From: a virus
Taxonomy: Duplodnaviria; Caudoviricetes
IMG/VR virus record: IMGVR_UViG_3300017774_005022
Coordinates: 5,657-69,656 of that record
Length of the DNA: 64,000 bases
Strand: one strand, 5' to 3'
Shown here: one piece after another, positions 37,646 to 47,349 of the stretch
Layout of the letters: every line of letters starts with the position of its first letter
Numbering within the stretch: position 1 is the stretch's first letter
Notes under the pieces: model-generated
Told to the model about the DNA's origin: nothing
Database searches by the model: none
Seen by the model: the letters and a program-made list of their open reading frames with translations, nothing else
Program-made: the position numbers and the translations under genes

Positions 37646-38340
37646 TTAGAGCAATCCACGCCGCTTCAATTCGGCGATCATCTCGTCGAATGTCGGAAGG
37701 ACAACCTTGACCTTCGGTCTGCGCTTGCGGGTCTTTGGCTTGCGGAATCCGGGCGTCCGGAGGGCTGAATCGAATGACCAATCCTTGTCATGGAAGGCAT
37801 CGAAACGCTTCGCGCTTGCAGCTTCGGCCACGGAGCGAAAAACTCCGGAGATCGGGCGGCGTGAGATACACTGATTGTGTTGGGTTGGTGCTGGCATAAG
37901 TCGACCCTCTCCGTAAAGAGGGCCGAGTTAACACCCGCTGTCCGTTAGGCTACCGCGAGGATCGCCGAGGCAGCTTGCTGCGCTTGACGGCGAGTGATCT
38001 CCGCGATCAGGGCATCGGTGGACATCTTGCTCACGTCCACGTCCTTACGCTGCGCCTTGGTAGGAGCGGCGAGGGTCTGGTGGATGCGACCGCTTGCGGT
38101 CATGACCTGCTTCACGATCGTGTAACCTTGGCGCAGGGCCTCGTTCTGGTTGGCGATAGCGACACCTTGCATGGCGCGAATCCGGTCGTTCGCGGCCTTG
38201 CGAAGCTGACCTTTGGTCATGTTCGGGTTGGTGGTAGCAATCTCCGCTTTGAGGATTGCAATACTGAAGCCGTCAATCTTCTCCCCTTGGGAGAGAGGGC
38301 TGATGATGGAGGCTTCGTGACGGGTGATGATTTCGTTCAT
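37646..38340 (-). CDS. Two first early genes (37646-37897, 83 aa; 37945-38340, 131 aa)
   Basis: Basic small ORFs at the upstream end of the leftward early operon. Confidence 0.5.
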
Positions 38341-39707
38341 TTTTCTGATTTTCTACTGTTGTTGAGGTCGAATTCAACACCCTCGAAGAAGGTGCTGAAG
38401 TGACCCCACGCAACCGGGATTCCGTGAACCTTCAACGAAGATTCATGCATGACCTGCAACGCAGGGTGCATTGGTTCCCGATAGCATGGGAATCAGTCCT
38501 TTTTTGTGTAGGTTAGCGTATCACGGGCATTCCACTCTCCGTAGAGTGGTCGTTTAACCGCTAACTTTCGTCCCTTTTTAACTCGGTAGGGATGGAGACA
38601 TCTTGCTCCGCTTCCAGCGTCCCCTTGTGCCATACCTAACACCCTTGATCCTGCACCCTGACCCACCATGGTATCCGACAGAGAACCGCCGTATTCGATG
38701 GAGACCGCAGGAGGATGCCGTTGGCACAAGGCACTTATGCGCCTTGGCTTCTGGCCTGCACAAGCCCCATGGCCCATGCTACCACCTTTACATCCGCTTC
38801 GGATTTGTCGCCCAACCAAAGGTTCGTGCAATCATAGTAGGCTTTGGTTCACCTATGTCGCATTCACGATACCCCCAGCAAAGGAAGAAACGGATTGAAA
38901 TGTCAAAGAAGAATCGGTGGGCAACCTGCATTTGCAGGCCGTTCGGGTTTTCCGTGATCACCGCATCGTTGCCGAGTCACAACCACCGACATTCTCTAAA
39001 CCGATCGGCAAGGTCTGGCCTTTCCTGCGCATTATGCACGCGAAGGCCGTGCGCGAGCGGCGAGCGCGTGGATCGTGGGCGATGCACCTGCGCCTGCGCA
39101 CCCACCACGCGGGTGGGTAGGTGACGGGGGACACGCACGTTTGCATTTATATATACACCCTCTGAGAAAAAATTTTTTGGTTTCCCGACCTTGGACCCCC
39201 TGAACCCATGAAAACGCCTCCTAGGGGCCAAAGAATCAAAAGTAGGGGGATCAGGGGGCTGGACCTAACTGTCGTTTTTTTTTGACAGTTCCGTACTGTT
39301 TAACCCGGAGGCCTCGGATCGACTCTCAGTTAACCTATTGCCGCCACCTCAAACCTTTTGTAAGAAAAAGACCCCATTATTTCCGTCAGAGTACTCTGTT
39401 ATTTGTTGGAAAACGGAGCGACCCCTGTACCCTTCACACCCCCTTATGCTGCTTTACGACCTACGAGGGTATCCTTTAACGATACATAACATTGCTGTTC
39501 TTGTAACAAAATGTAGCGAGTTTTTGGTACTAATCGAACACTAATGCGTTATAAATTAGTACATCATTTCATAACGGAGTAGAGAATCGCTAATAGTTCA
39601 AATTTGGCTTGGACTATTTACGATTCTGTACTCATTTCGCACATTTTCACGGGTCAACCCACATGTGAGACAAGTTGTCCCTTAATCAAAGGATCCGTTA
39701 TCACATT

Positions 39708-40109
39708 GGGTAGGGGAGGAAAAAGTCACCCCTACCCACCTACAGAGAAAGGGTAGGGGAGGAAATCGCAAAAAATTCCACCCCTACCCACCTTAAGTGC
39801 TTGATTTTCAAAGTACTTAACTGGGGTTGGGTAGGGGATGTAGGGCTTTTTTAAATTGATTGAAGATAAATTATAATATAAGGAACCGGGAAATCCCCGG
39901 CGGGCTGGAAAATCCCGCGTGGAGCCGCACGGTTTCCAAAAAAAGCCCTACATCCCCTACCCAATCGGGGTTAAGTCCCTTGAACCCAGGAACTTATGAA
40001 CAATTTTTCACCCCTACCCTCACCCCTACCCACCCCTACCCATTTATTGATAAACCCTTGGATCCAAGGAACTTAGGACTTATTTTTCCACCCCTACCCA
40101 CCCCTACCC
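39708..40109. repeat. Array of 11 CCCCTACCC nonamers in both orientations with a perfect 26-bp inverted repeat
   Basis: Copies at 39708(rc), 39729, 39751(rc), 39781, 39829(rc), 39954, 40011, 40023, 40033, 40091, 40101. IR 39827-39852 / 39939-39964. Confidence 0.9.
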
Positions 40110-40199
40110 AATCGCCCTCCGGGTTCGATATTCTTGAATACCAAATAGTACTGATAACTCAAACTCAATTTTAGCCGCCGGGATATGGTACCGAGCGGT

Positions 40200-40541
40200 T
40201 TATTTAGACTTTAGCCTACCCTTTTCGTCTATGGAGCCGTGGTACTTTTTAGACCAGCTTTCGGCGTCTTTGGGATTACTAAATGATGGGTAGTTGGAAA
40301 AGCCGTAGTCCTTTGCTGTTTTTACGGCTTGTTTGATAGAGAGATCCTTGCCCCCAACCATTGTTGGGATTACGAAGGTTTTGTCTCCCAGACCCACTGT
40401 GGCTAATTTGACATTACTTCTACTTCCGTCCTTATTACTTACAAAGGGATGGGGGGATGGGAAGCCCTTAAATTCAGGCGGGGTTGGGCGGAAGTCCTTC
40501 ATAGCACGCGCCAGTAACTTACTTTTACTTTCTTCGGCCAT
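40200..40541 (-). CDS. Small basic protein, leader class A (MAEESKSKLLARAMKDFRPTP)
   Basis: C-terminal NKDGSRS.V...FVIPTMVGG...F.NP.DAESWSKKYH domain. Confidence 0.7.
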   Translation of the reverse strand: MAEESKSKLLARAMKDFRPTPPEFKGFPSPHPFVSNKDGSRSNVKLATVGLGDKTFVIPTMVGGKDLSIKQAVKTAKDYGFSNYPSFSNPKDAESWSKKYHGSIDEKGRLKSK

Positions 40542-40555
40542 GGGGCGTTGACTGG

Positions 40556-41179
40556 CTAATACGCTGTCGGACGAATGGGGCCGATACGTGAAGGTAACCC
40601 ACTACCCACTGTACCCATACTGCCAAAAGCAACCGAGTCATCTAGAAATTGTTTAGCTGAAGGAGGACCTGCAAATGCCGCATCTCCCTTTGCGGCATTA
40701 ACTAGTCGCTTGGGCGCGTTGATGAGTTTTTTTCTGTATGCTTGATGCGCCGAACGAACTTGGTCGGTTATATCTTCCCAAACGCCGGGTTTCGTATGCG
40801 CTTTAACGGTTACCTCGTTTAGAGCTAGTGGGCGGGACAGATCTTTAATTTTAGATGACGCTTCAAGGATGAACCCCTTTTGCCCATACGCTTGCGACTC
40901 ACTGCCGGGTTTGGCTGCACCAACAGACCAGTAGACTTTGTCTTTTCGTGTTTTTTGAGCAAACTCCGGTGGACGTACTTGTCCAGATCGCACCATGTCG
41001 TCAATTTGTGAGTTCCCTGTTGTACGGCTTACACGCGAGTCATCCCAGATTCCAAATTTATTTGATGAGTCCAAAATCCTGCCATGTACAGATTGACGTG
41101 CAACTCGGTCGCTTTCCGGGGTTGGGCGGAAGTCCTTCATAGCACGCGCCAGTAACTTACTTTTACTTTCTTCGGCCAC
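40556..41179 (-). CDS. Basic protein, leader class A (GTG start)
   Basis: Identical 62-nt leader to 40200-40541, unrelated body. Confidence 0.7.
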   Translation of the reverse strand: MAEESKSKLLARAMKDFRPTPESDRVARQSVHGRILDSSNKFGIWDDSRVSRTTGNSQIDDMVRSGQVRPPEFAQKTRKDKVYWSVGAAKPGSESQAYGQKGFILEASSKIKDLSRPLALNEVTVKAHTKPGVWEDITDQVRSAHQAYRKKLINAPKRLVNAAKGDAAFAGPPSAKQFLDDSVAFGSMGTVGSGLPSRIGPIRPTAY

Positions 41180-41183
41180 AACG

Positions 41184-41588
41184 TTAACTCAACAACCCCG
41201 TCTCCCTGACTCCCATGTTTGGGGTGGTGGTATTCTTGAGGCTACGCATCCCCCTCTTCAGGGCCGACTCTCTCCGCAACCTGTCGAAGTCCGACTCCTC
41301 GCTGAGTTCGGCGTCTTTACGGGCTTTAGCCTCGTCCTGCAACTGCTGGAACTTGGAGGCCGCTGTGCCGACCGCCGATGGCTGGGAGTCCCCCACAGCC
41401 GCTGCGCCTACGGGGCTCTGGTAGTTGCTCCAAGAACGCTGGGTGGTGTTCGCCCCCGGACTGGCTTGGGGGCTGTACTGCCTAGATGCGTAGTAGAAGT
41501 CAGTGCCGACCTTGTCCTGATAGGGTTTAGGACCCTCGTAGTTGCTCCACGAACGCTGGGTTACGTTACTTTTAGTTTTTTCGGCCAT
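41184..41588 (-). CDS. Small protein with degenerate class A leader (MAEKTKS) and internal TQRSWSNY duplication
   Basis: ATGGCCGAAAAAACTAAAAGTAA vs ATGGCCGAAGAAAGTAAAAGTAA. Confidence 0.65.
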   Translation of the reverse strand: MAEKTKSNVTQRSWSNYEGPKPYQDKVGTDFYYASRQYSPQASPGANTTQRSWSNYQSPVGAAAVGDSQPSAVGTAASKFQQLQDEAKARKDAELSEESDFDRLRRESALKRGMRSLKNTTTPNMGVRETGLLS

Positions 41589-41600
41589 AATATCAGGATA

Positions 41601-41957
41601 TTATTTTTTTCCCGACTTAAGTTGGCCCATCGACCCTTCCTTAAGCATGCGCTCTAGGCGCACTTTGTCACTTGCTTCGTAGGAACGCTGTCTGGGTGAA
41701 TTACTGGATTTGTATCCCGAACCTTGTTTTGGGTAGTTGATCAGATCCATCTCGCCCTCCCGCATCATGCTCTCCGTGGACGGCATGATCATTTTGGCGT
41801 TCGGAATCCTCTTCACCGAAATCGTGGGGCCAGCACCGAGGTCACGCAGAATGCGGTCCCGCTTCCTCTGTTTCTCGGCAGACTCACGCCCTGCACTACC
41901 TGCACTGCGTGGTTTGGCTATATCAAAAAGGTCTTTGGCTTGTTTTAGTTTGTCCAT
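41601..41957 (-). CDS. Small basic protein, leader class B (KLKQAK..FD.AKPRS.GSAGR.SAE)
   Basis: N-terminus homologous to 42300-42821. Confidence 0.7.
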   Translation of the reverse strand: MDKLKQAKDLFDIAKPRSAGSAGRESAEKQRKRDRILRDLGAGPTISVKRIPNAKMIMPSTESMMREGEMDLINYPKQGSGYKSSNSPRQRSYEASDKVRLERMLKEGSMGQLKSGKK

Positions 41958-41961
41958 ATGT

Positions 41962-42294
41962 TTAGTACACGTTTGTTTCGAAATTTGATTTGGCTTTTGA
42001 CAAGAAAGATGAATCCACTCCCGACCCCTTGTTTGCGTTTGCCATCAACTGTCTCTTTTTTTCAAGATCTCTCTCGTAACGACCCACGTCAAAAACATCA
42101 ACGGGCCGTCCCGCCCCAACATTTTGTTCCATTCGCTCCTTACCTTCCCTACCCGCTTGTCGGTAGCCGAGGCTATCTTTAAGTTGACCCATAACCCCAG
42201 CCGTTTTTCCCAGAGGGTCAAGGGTTCTCTGGGTTGTACTAACAACGGTAGGACGTGGTCCCGGTACGGTGCTTGGTCTGCCTATGTTAATCAT
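41962..42294 (-). CDS. Small basic hypothetical protein (110 aa)
   Basis: Tandem ORF within the six-gene cassette. Confidence 0.6.
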   Translation of the reverse strand: MINIGRPSTVPGPRPTVVSTTQRTLDPLGKTAGVMGQLKDSLGYRQAGREGKERMEQNVGAGRPVDVFDVGRYERDLEKKRQLMANANKGSGVDSSFLSKAKSNFETNVY

Positions 42295-42299
42295 ATTAA

Positions 42300-42821
42300 T
42301 TATTTTTTCTTTTTATAAATGGGTTTCGCGCCCGTAAGTTTTGGCGGCAGTTCTTTCCCATCACGGTAGTATCTAGAAATTGAATCAGCCATTTCAGGTA
42401 ACATATTCATAGGACTTGTATATGTCTTAGTCGGTTGCTCGTATCCCGCATCCCCCATAATCCTACGTTCACGATTATTCAAACTATAGACTTCCTGCGG
42501 GTTTGTGGCACGACTAGTTAACTTTTTCAGCACCCGCTCTTTGGCCACAGGGTTTTCCTTCACTACATCAAAAGTGTCCCCGGTGGCTTGAAGCCTGACC
42601 TGACTCTTTACATCGTCCGCTAGTTTACCGAAATTTTTACCAGTGTACCTTACTTTAGGTTGTTCCGTGCTGTAAGAAACTTCGCGATCTAAGACACGTT
42701 CCCCCATTTCTGCCGCTGCTTTATCACGCGACTGCTCCGCAGACCCCCGCCCCGCACTGCCCTTGCTGCGCGGTTTGGCTTTATCAAAATATTCTTTGGC
42801 CTGCTTAAGTTTGTTGCTCAT
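42300..42821 (-). CDS. Basic protein, leader class B
   Basis: MSNKLKQAKEYFDKAKPRSKGSAGRGSAEQ; unrelated body. Confidence 0.7.
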   Translation of the reverse strand: MSNKLKQAKEYFDKAKPRSKGSAGRGSAEQSRDKAAAEMGERVLDREVSYSTEQPKVRYTGKNFGKLADDVKSQVRLQATGDTFDVVKENPVAKERVLKKLTSRATNPQEVYSLNNRERRIMGDAGYEQPTKTYTSPMNMLPEMADSISRYYRDGKELPPKLTGAKPIYKKKK

Positions 42822-42826
42822 ATCAA

Positions 42827-44980
42827 TTATTTTTTCTTGGTAAAAGTTTCCTCAACTGAAATTACGTACCAAGTTTTACCATGATGTGAGACATGACGCA
42901 AGACTCTACTTGAAGATCTGTTTGCCAACATGCGCAGTTCGCGGCCAAGTCTCACCGGAGTGTACCGCGACAGCAGTGGCTTGAGCATGCCCTCGTCCAT
43001 ACCCATGACGCTGGAGAATAGGTCAGTCGCGGTGCCCTTCCACTCCTTCTTGGTCTTCTCGTCACGGCGCACCCCGCTGGCCCACCGATCAAGGATCTCC
43101 TCTAGTTTGGTAGCAGCGGAATCCTCGTTGGCTGACTCAATCATCTTGGGATGATGATAGGGCCGTATCCCGAACCTTGGATTCTCGGACCACTCGACGT
43201 GGATGGGCGGTGAATAGTCGAGTAACCACCGCAAGAAGTGTGGTAATTCTTTTTTGATAATCTCCTCGTTCTCCTTATTAGAGGAAAACTTGTGCTGGTA
43301 GGGCTCAAACTGGAAAAGCATTATCTTATCGAGGATGTTGTTGTCCAGAGTAGGCAGAACCGACAGAGAATGGGCGTCAGTGTTGAGAGTTAAGCACATG
43401 CAGCCCGTCCACGGCAATTCTGTGGCATCCTTGAACTTTGGATGGTATATAACCGTGGGGTTGGCTACGTGGGACTTCAAAGACTCTGAAAACTGACGGT
43501 GTTTGTCCGGATCAATGGCCGATTGGGGGTCATCGACCACCCAGTGTGGGTGTTCGGCCACTGTCTTGTTGAAGCTGGTTTTACCCTGTAAATAGGGAGC
43601 GGCGTCCGCCCAACCACCCAGACTGTCGCCCATGACCTTGCGGTTGAACAGGGTTTTCCCCTGACCCGCATCGCCAGCCAACACAATCAACTGGCTTTGC
43701 ACGGGTTCGAACTCCAAGGCTGCTTTGTACTTGCGTTTCCAGTAGGCCAGCCAGTAGGGAAGTTGCTCTTCGCCGAAGCAAGACCAGACCCACTCTCTGA
43801 GCCACGCCCAAGTAGACTCATCTCCCGTATCAGCAGGAGCAATCGCAGTGCGGTAGTTGATATTAAGTATTCTGGTGTTGCCGACATCGACTATCTCCCG
43901 CTTGTCGAACAAGATCGGTGCCGCCGCGTCCACCCGCCTCTGGGTTTCGATTGCGTGGAGTACTCGGTCCATTTGAGATGCACCCTTCTTGGACTCAGTC
44001 TTGATCCCATGAACCCTGAGACTTCGAGCCACGTTCTCCACTTTCGCATCGTACCAGCGATTGGCTCCGTTCTTGAACCAGTACGCCTTGCCATCATAGT
44101 AGTACTCCATGACGGCTTTGCCGATCACCTCTTGACGGTACTGGTCAACAAACTGCTTACCCAGCAGGTCGGCCCAAGTCATAAACGATTTACCAGCACG
44201 ATCCGTGTAGCAGATAATCCCCGCTTCGGCTACCTGACACCCGATGCGAGTGATCCCATCGTTAAGCCAAAAGGTCGGGCCACGAGACCCCACAGTGAAG
44301 TCTCCCGGCCACGCTCCGGGCCAGCGAGCTTCGACTTCGGCGGCGATCTTATCAATAGGAATTTCGAGATCGCTCCCCGCGACTTTGTTCCAGTCCACCT
44401 TGCCGCTGGCTTTGACGATCAAATCCCCCATCACGGTATCGGCTACTCCGGGAGTACCGCTTACGGGTACCCAGCCGTGGCCGATCTCAAATAGCTGGTT
44501 GAGTCTGAAGGTGCATTCGTCGATCCCCGGAAGGACATTGCCCAGCTTGAACTTCTTGGCAATCTCCTTCATCAGATGCTTCGTCATCTCCGGACAGTCC
44601 ACCAGCACCGGAGAGTCGAACTGCCAGACTACACGGGCATTGCCGCTGAAAGTACGGCTGACCGCAGCAGGCATCGCGTCCGCATCACAACGTGCAAGTA
44701 TGTCCTGCAGGTTGAAGTTAGGATCGAGCTTCGCATCGTAGTCAGCAACGAGCCCGTGGAGCCACTTCGCCGGATTCTCCAGCGAGATGCGCTTGTGCGG
44801 GTTGACGCCCTCCGCTGCCGTGTAAAAGCAGTGGTCTACAGCTTTGTCGCGCACCCACTTATCGTAGTCATCTTTGGTAGCTACGTTGGCGGGGTATCCG
44901 GATGAAGTTGCCAGCCACGGGTCGCACGGCATTTCCTGCACGTCCGAGGAGGCTAGGTTCTTTGCGTAGAATGTTTTCAT
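42827..44980 (-). CDS. Primase-helicase (primase-like N-terminus plus D5/SF3-type helicase)
   Basis: GLVADYD...RTFSGNARVVW primase-like part; LAGDAGQGKT Walker A, WVVDD Walker B, LTLN. Confidence 0.85.
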   Translation of the reverse strand: MKTFYAKNLASSDVQEMPCDPWLATSSGYPANVATKDDYDKWVRDKAVDHCFYTAAEGVNPHKRISLENPAKWLHGLVADYDAKLDPNFNLQDILARCDADAMPAAVSRTFSGNARVVWQFDSPVLVDCPEMTKHLMKEIAKKFKLGNVLPGIDECTFRLNQLFEIGHGWVPVSGTPGVADTVMGDLIVKASGKVDWNKVAGSDLEIPIDKIAAEVEARWPGAWPGDFTVGSRGPTFWLNDGITRIGCQVAEAGIICYTDRAGKSFMTWADLLGKQFVDQYRQEVIGKAVMEYYYDGKAYWFKNGANRWYDAKVENVARSLRVHGIKTESKKGASQMDRVLHAIETQRRVDAAAPILFDKREIVDVGNTRILNINYRTAIAPADTGDESTWAWLREWVWSCFGEEQLPYWLAYWKRKYKAALEFEPVQSQLIVLAGDAGQGKTLFNRKVMGDSLGGWADAAPYLQGKTSFNKTVAEHPHWVVDDPQSAIDPDKHRQFSESLKSHVANPTVIYHPKFKDATELPWTGCMCLTLNTDAHSLSVLPTLDNNILDKIMLFQFEPYQHKFSSNKENEEIIKKELPHFLRWLLDYSPPIHVEWSENPRFGIRPYHHPKMIESANEDSAATKLEEILDRWASGVRRDEKTKKEWKGTATDLFSSVMGMDEGMLKPLLSRYTPVRLGRELRMLANRSSSRVLRHVSHHGKTWYVISVEETFTKKK

Positions 44981-45189
44981 TGTGGATCTCTCACAAAGAC
45001 TTCCCCTTCAATGTCCATGTGCTCCAGTCTTCTGATTTTTAAACCGTTGTCGCTATAGGCCCACATCACCCCGTCTTCCGCCAGTTCAGTGGCTACGCCT
45101 TGGTTGAATTCAAACTTAAAGCGGTCTGTCCAACCACTAAGTCTTTCCAATACGTCGATTGAAGTCTGTGTCATTTGTGTGTTTGACAT
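44977..45189 (-). CDS. Hypothetical protein (70 aa)
   Basis: ATG45189; coupled to the primase start. Confidence 0.5.
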   Translation of the reverse strand: MSNTQMTQTSIDVLERLSGWTDRFKFEFNQGVATELAEDGVMWAYSDNGLKIRRLEHMDIEGEVFVRDPQ

Positions 45190-45194
45190 GGCGA

Positions 45195-45578
45195 TTATTT
45201 CCAAAGACCCCTGTGGCACATGAGCCCGATGATTCCGTAGTTCGCTACATCGAGCCAAGTGTCGGAGACCTTTTCGTGTTCGGGAGACTTGTCGTTCCAG
45301 ACCAGTGTTTTCAATCGTTCGAGCTTGTCGTTGAGTCGGACAATAACGCCCTTCTCGCCGAACGCGCTGATATTCCCCGGACCATAGTCCCGGTTCTTGC
45401 GATCAAGTAAGATGGCCGCTTCGCACAATGCATGGAAGCACTCCCGTCCCAGCTTGGTTTCGATACCCAAGTCGTGGGCTGCGTTCCGCATGATATCGTA
45501 AAGTTCCGCCTCAGTTTTGGGCCTAGATTCGAGCCCAAAGTCTTCGGGTTTGCAGGTGGTGGATACAGTGTTTGACAT
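45195..45578 (-). CDS. Nmad1 / DUF1599 protein
   Basis: LLDRKNRDYG...GVIVRLNDKLERL...DTWLDVANYGII. Confidence 0.85.
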   Translation of the reverse strand: MSNTVSTTCKPEDFGLESRPKTEAELYDIMRNAAHDLGIETKLGRECFHALCEAAILLDRKNRDYGPGNISAFGEKGVIVRLNDKLERLKTLVWNDKSPEHEKVSDTWLDVANYGIIGLMCHRGLWK

Positions 45579-45579
45579 A

Positions 45580-47334
45580 TTATTTTTCGTATTTTTTGGT
45601 TATCTTGGTTTCGCAAGCCAGAGGCAAATTACTAGCCCACTCAGGCGGTCTTTGCATGATTGCTTCAATAGTTTTCTTGGCGACATCAGCCTCGCTGTCT
45701 TTGACGCAGCAGACCACTTCGTCGTGGACTCGCATAATGACGGGAATGTTGGCTTCCCGTATGCGTCTCACTGCAGTCATAAAACAGTCTCTGGCCATTC
45801 CTTGGGTGATATTCTCGGTCAGGGAACCACCCCACCACTTCATTCGCACATACTTACCTCCGCGAACGATTTCAGCACTGAGATGGCCCTCGTTGTTGTT
45901 TGGGTTTCTGTATGAGAGTTTCCGGCCACTAGGTAATTCGACTTCGTAGGTTTCGTCATTCCGTGTCACCGACATGCGAAGATTGTTTTCCAGCAGTTTC
46001 CAAAGAGCGAGAACTTTTGGATTTTTTCTGCGATAGAGCGCAACCAGTTCCCCCGCACGATGGGTTTCGAGTTCGGTCACCTCACAAAAACGTTTGATAC
46101 CCATCCCGTAGCCTAGGCCCAGATTGAGTTGCTTTACCAAGTGCCGCACCCCTGTCTTGTCTTCCCGCAGGGATTCGGGTTTGTCCCAGAAACCCCAAGC
46201 CCTAGCCTGCGCTTCGTACAAGTCGGGACTCTTGGCAATAAAGTCGAGCATCTCCATATCTCCCGCCAGCCACGAAAGGCAGCGCGGTTCGATCTGAGAC
46301 AGATCTGAAATAACAAAGGAATATCCTTCCGGGGCCTCGATGAGCCCTCGAACATTGACCCCGTAGCTCTCGGCTCGCTGGAGGTTCTGCATATTGAGCC
46401 CAGCGTCTCCGCTGTCCCTACCCGTGGTAGCACCGAAGTATTTGAGGCCGTACGCCATCCAACCATCCGGTCGCAGACGCTTGCGCATCGTCTCCAGCTT
46501 CTTAAGGAGAATGTTGCATTTACGGTACTGACGCATAGCCGATACCCAAGGGTATGTCGCACCGTATTGAGCTTCCCACGCTTCACACTCCGGACTGTCT
46601 TCCGCCAGCGAAGGAGGCGGGGAAATTCCCACTTTCCGGCACTCTTCAGCCAACGCAAGGGCCGAGAGAGTTGGGCGATCGTCCTCAACCCACGGGAGTT
46701 TGATTCTAGCCTCCCAGAGCAAAACTTTAAGGTGTTCTATGCGATCTGATATCGTGACACTGTTGAGCGGCACTCCCTGCAGACACATTCTCGTGGTCTC
46801 CCTAGAGAGCCACCGCTCGTGTTCGGGCCAGCGATCGCCGTATTTCTCCCAAATCTGTAAGCAGAGTTCGGCGTCTTTGATGGCGTATTCCTCGACTTCT
46901 TTCCGGAACTCGGGGTCCATATTAGCCCAACGCTGCCCTTTCATTTTGTTTCGCGTGTCTTTCGACACATCTGCGCCAAGTAAAGTTGCAGAGGCGTTCT
47001 TAAGATTTCTCGGAGCCCCAAGGAATGCCGACAGGTCGGCGGTGCAGTCCCATACAGCGGGGAAATGGTGGGGGAGTTTGTCGGACTCAACCAGACTTTC
47101 GTATACGGGTTGGTCGAATGATCTGTTGTGGCTGACCCAACGCCAGTTAGCCCCCGATATGGAGGACCAATCAAAATTTTCGGGGTGGCCACAGTATTTA
47201 AGCCCCGTTGTAGTGGCAATAGTTACCAAATAAGCTTCGAATTCAGAATGGCGACAGTAGTGCCAGACCCCTTGTGTTTCGATCCCTATTTCTTCGTTGT
47301 AGAAAGTTTCGAAATCTACGGCAGCGGTTTCCAT
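45580..47334 (-). CDS. polA: Family A DNA polymerase with 3'-5' exonuclease
   Basis: VDFET exo I; SDLSQIEPR motif A; RHLVKQLNLGLGYG motif B; RVHDE motif C. Confidence 0.95.
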   Translation of the reverse strand: METAAVDFETFYNEEIGIETQGVWHYCRHSEFEAYLVTIATTTGLKYCGHPENFDWSSISGANWRWVSHNRSFDQPVYESLVESDKLPHHFPAVWDCTADLSAFLGAPRNLKNASATLLGADVSKDTRNKMKGQRWANMDPEFRKEVEEYAIKDAELCLQIWEKYGDRWPEHERWLSRETTRMCLQGVPLNSVTISDRIEHLKVLLWEARIKLPWVEDDRPTLSALALAEECRKVGISPPPSLAEDSPECEAWEAQYGATYPWVSAMRQYRKCNILLKKLETMRKRLRPDGWMAYGLKYFGATTGRDSGDAGLNMQNLQRAESYGVNVRGLIEAPEGYSFVISDLSQIEPRCLSWLAGDMEMLDFIAKSPDLYEAQARAWGFWDKPESLREDKTGVRHLVKQLNLGLGYGMGIKRFCEVTELETHRAGELVALYRRKNPKVLALWKLLENNLRMSVTRNDETYEVELPSGRKLSYRNPNNNEGHLSAEIVRGGKYVRMKWWGGSLTENITQGMARDCFMTAVRRIREANIPVIMRVHDEVVCCVKDSEADVAKKTIEAIMQRPPEWASNLPLACETKITKKYEK

Positions 47335-47349
47335 TTTATAAAAGTAAAG

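Noticed and set aside
38493-39544. Several overlapping short ORFs on both strands
   Set aside because: No consistent frame, start context or protein-like composition.
39860-40174. 104-aa + strand ORF with TTG start
   Set aside because: Pro/Thr content derives from the CCCCTACCC repeats; likely non-coding.
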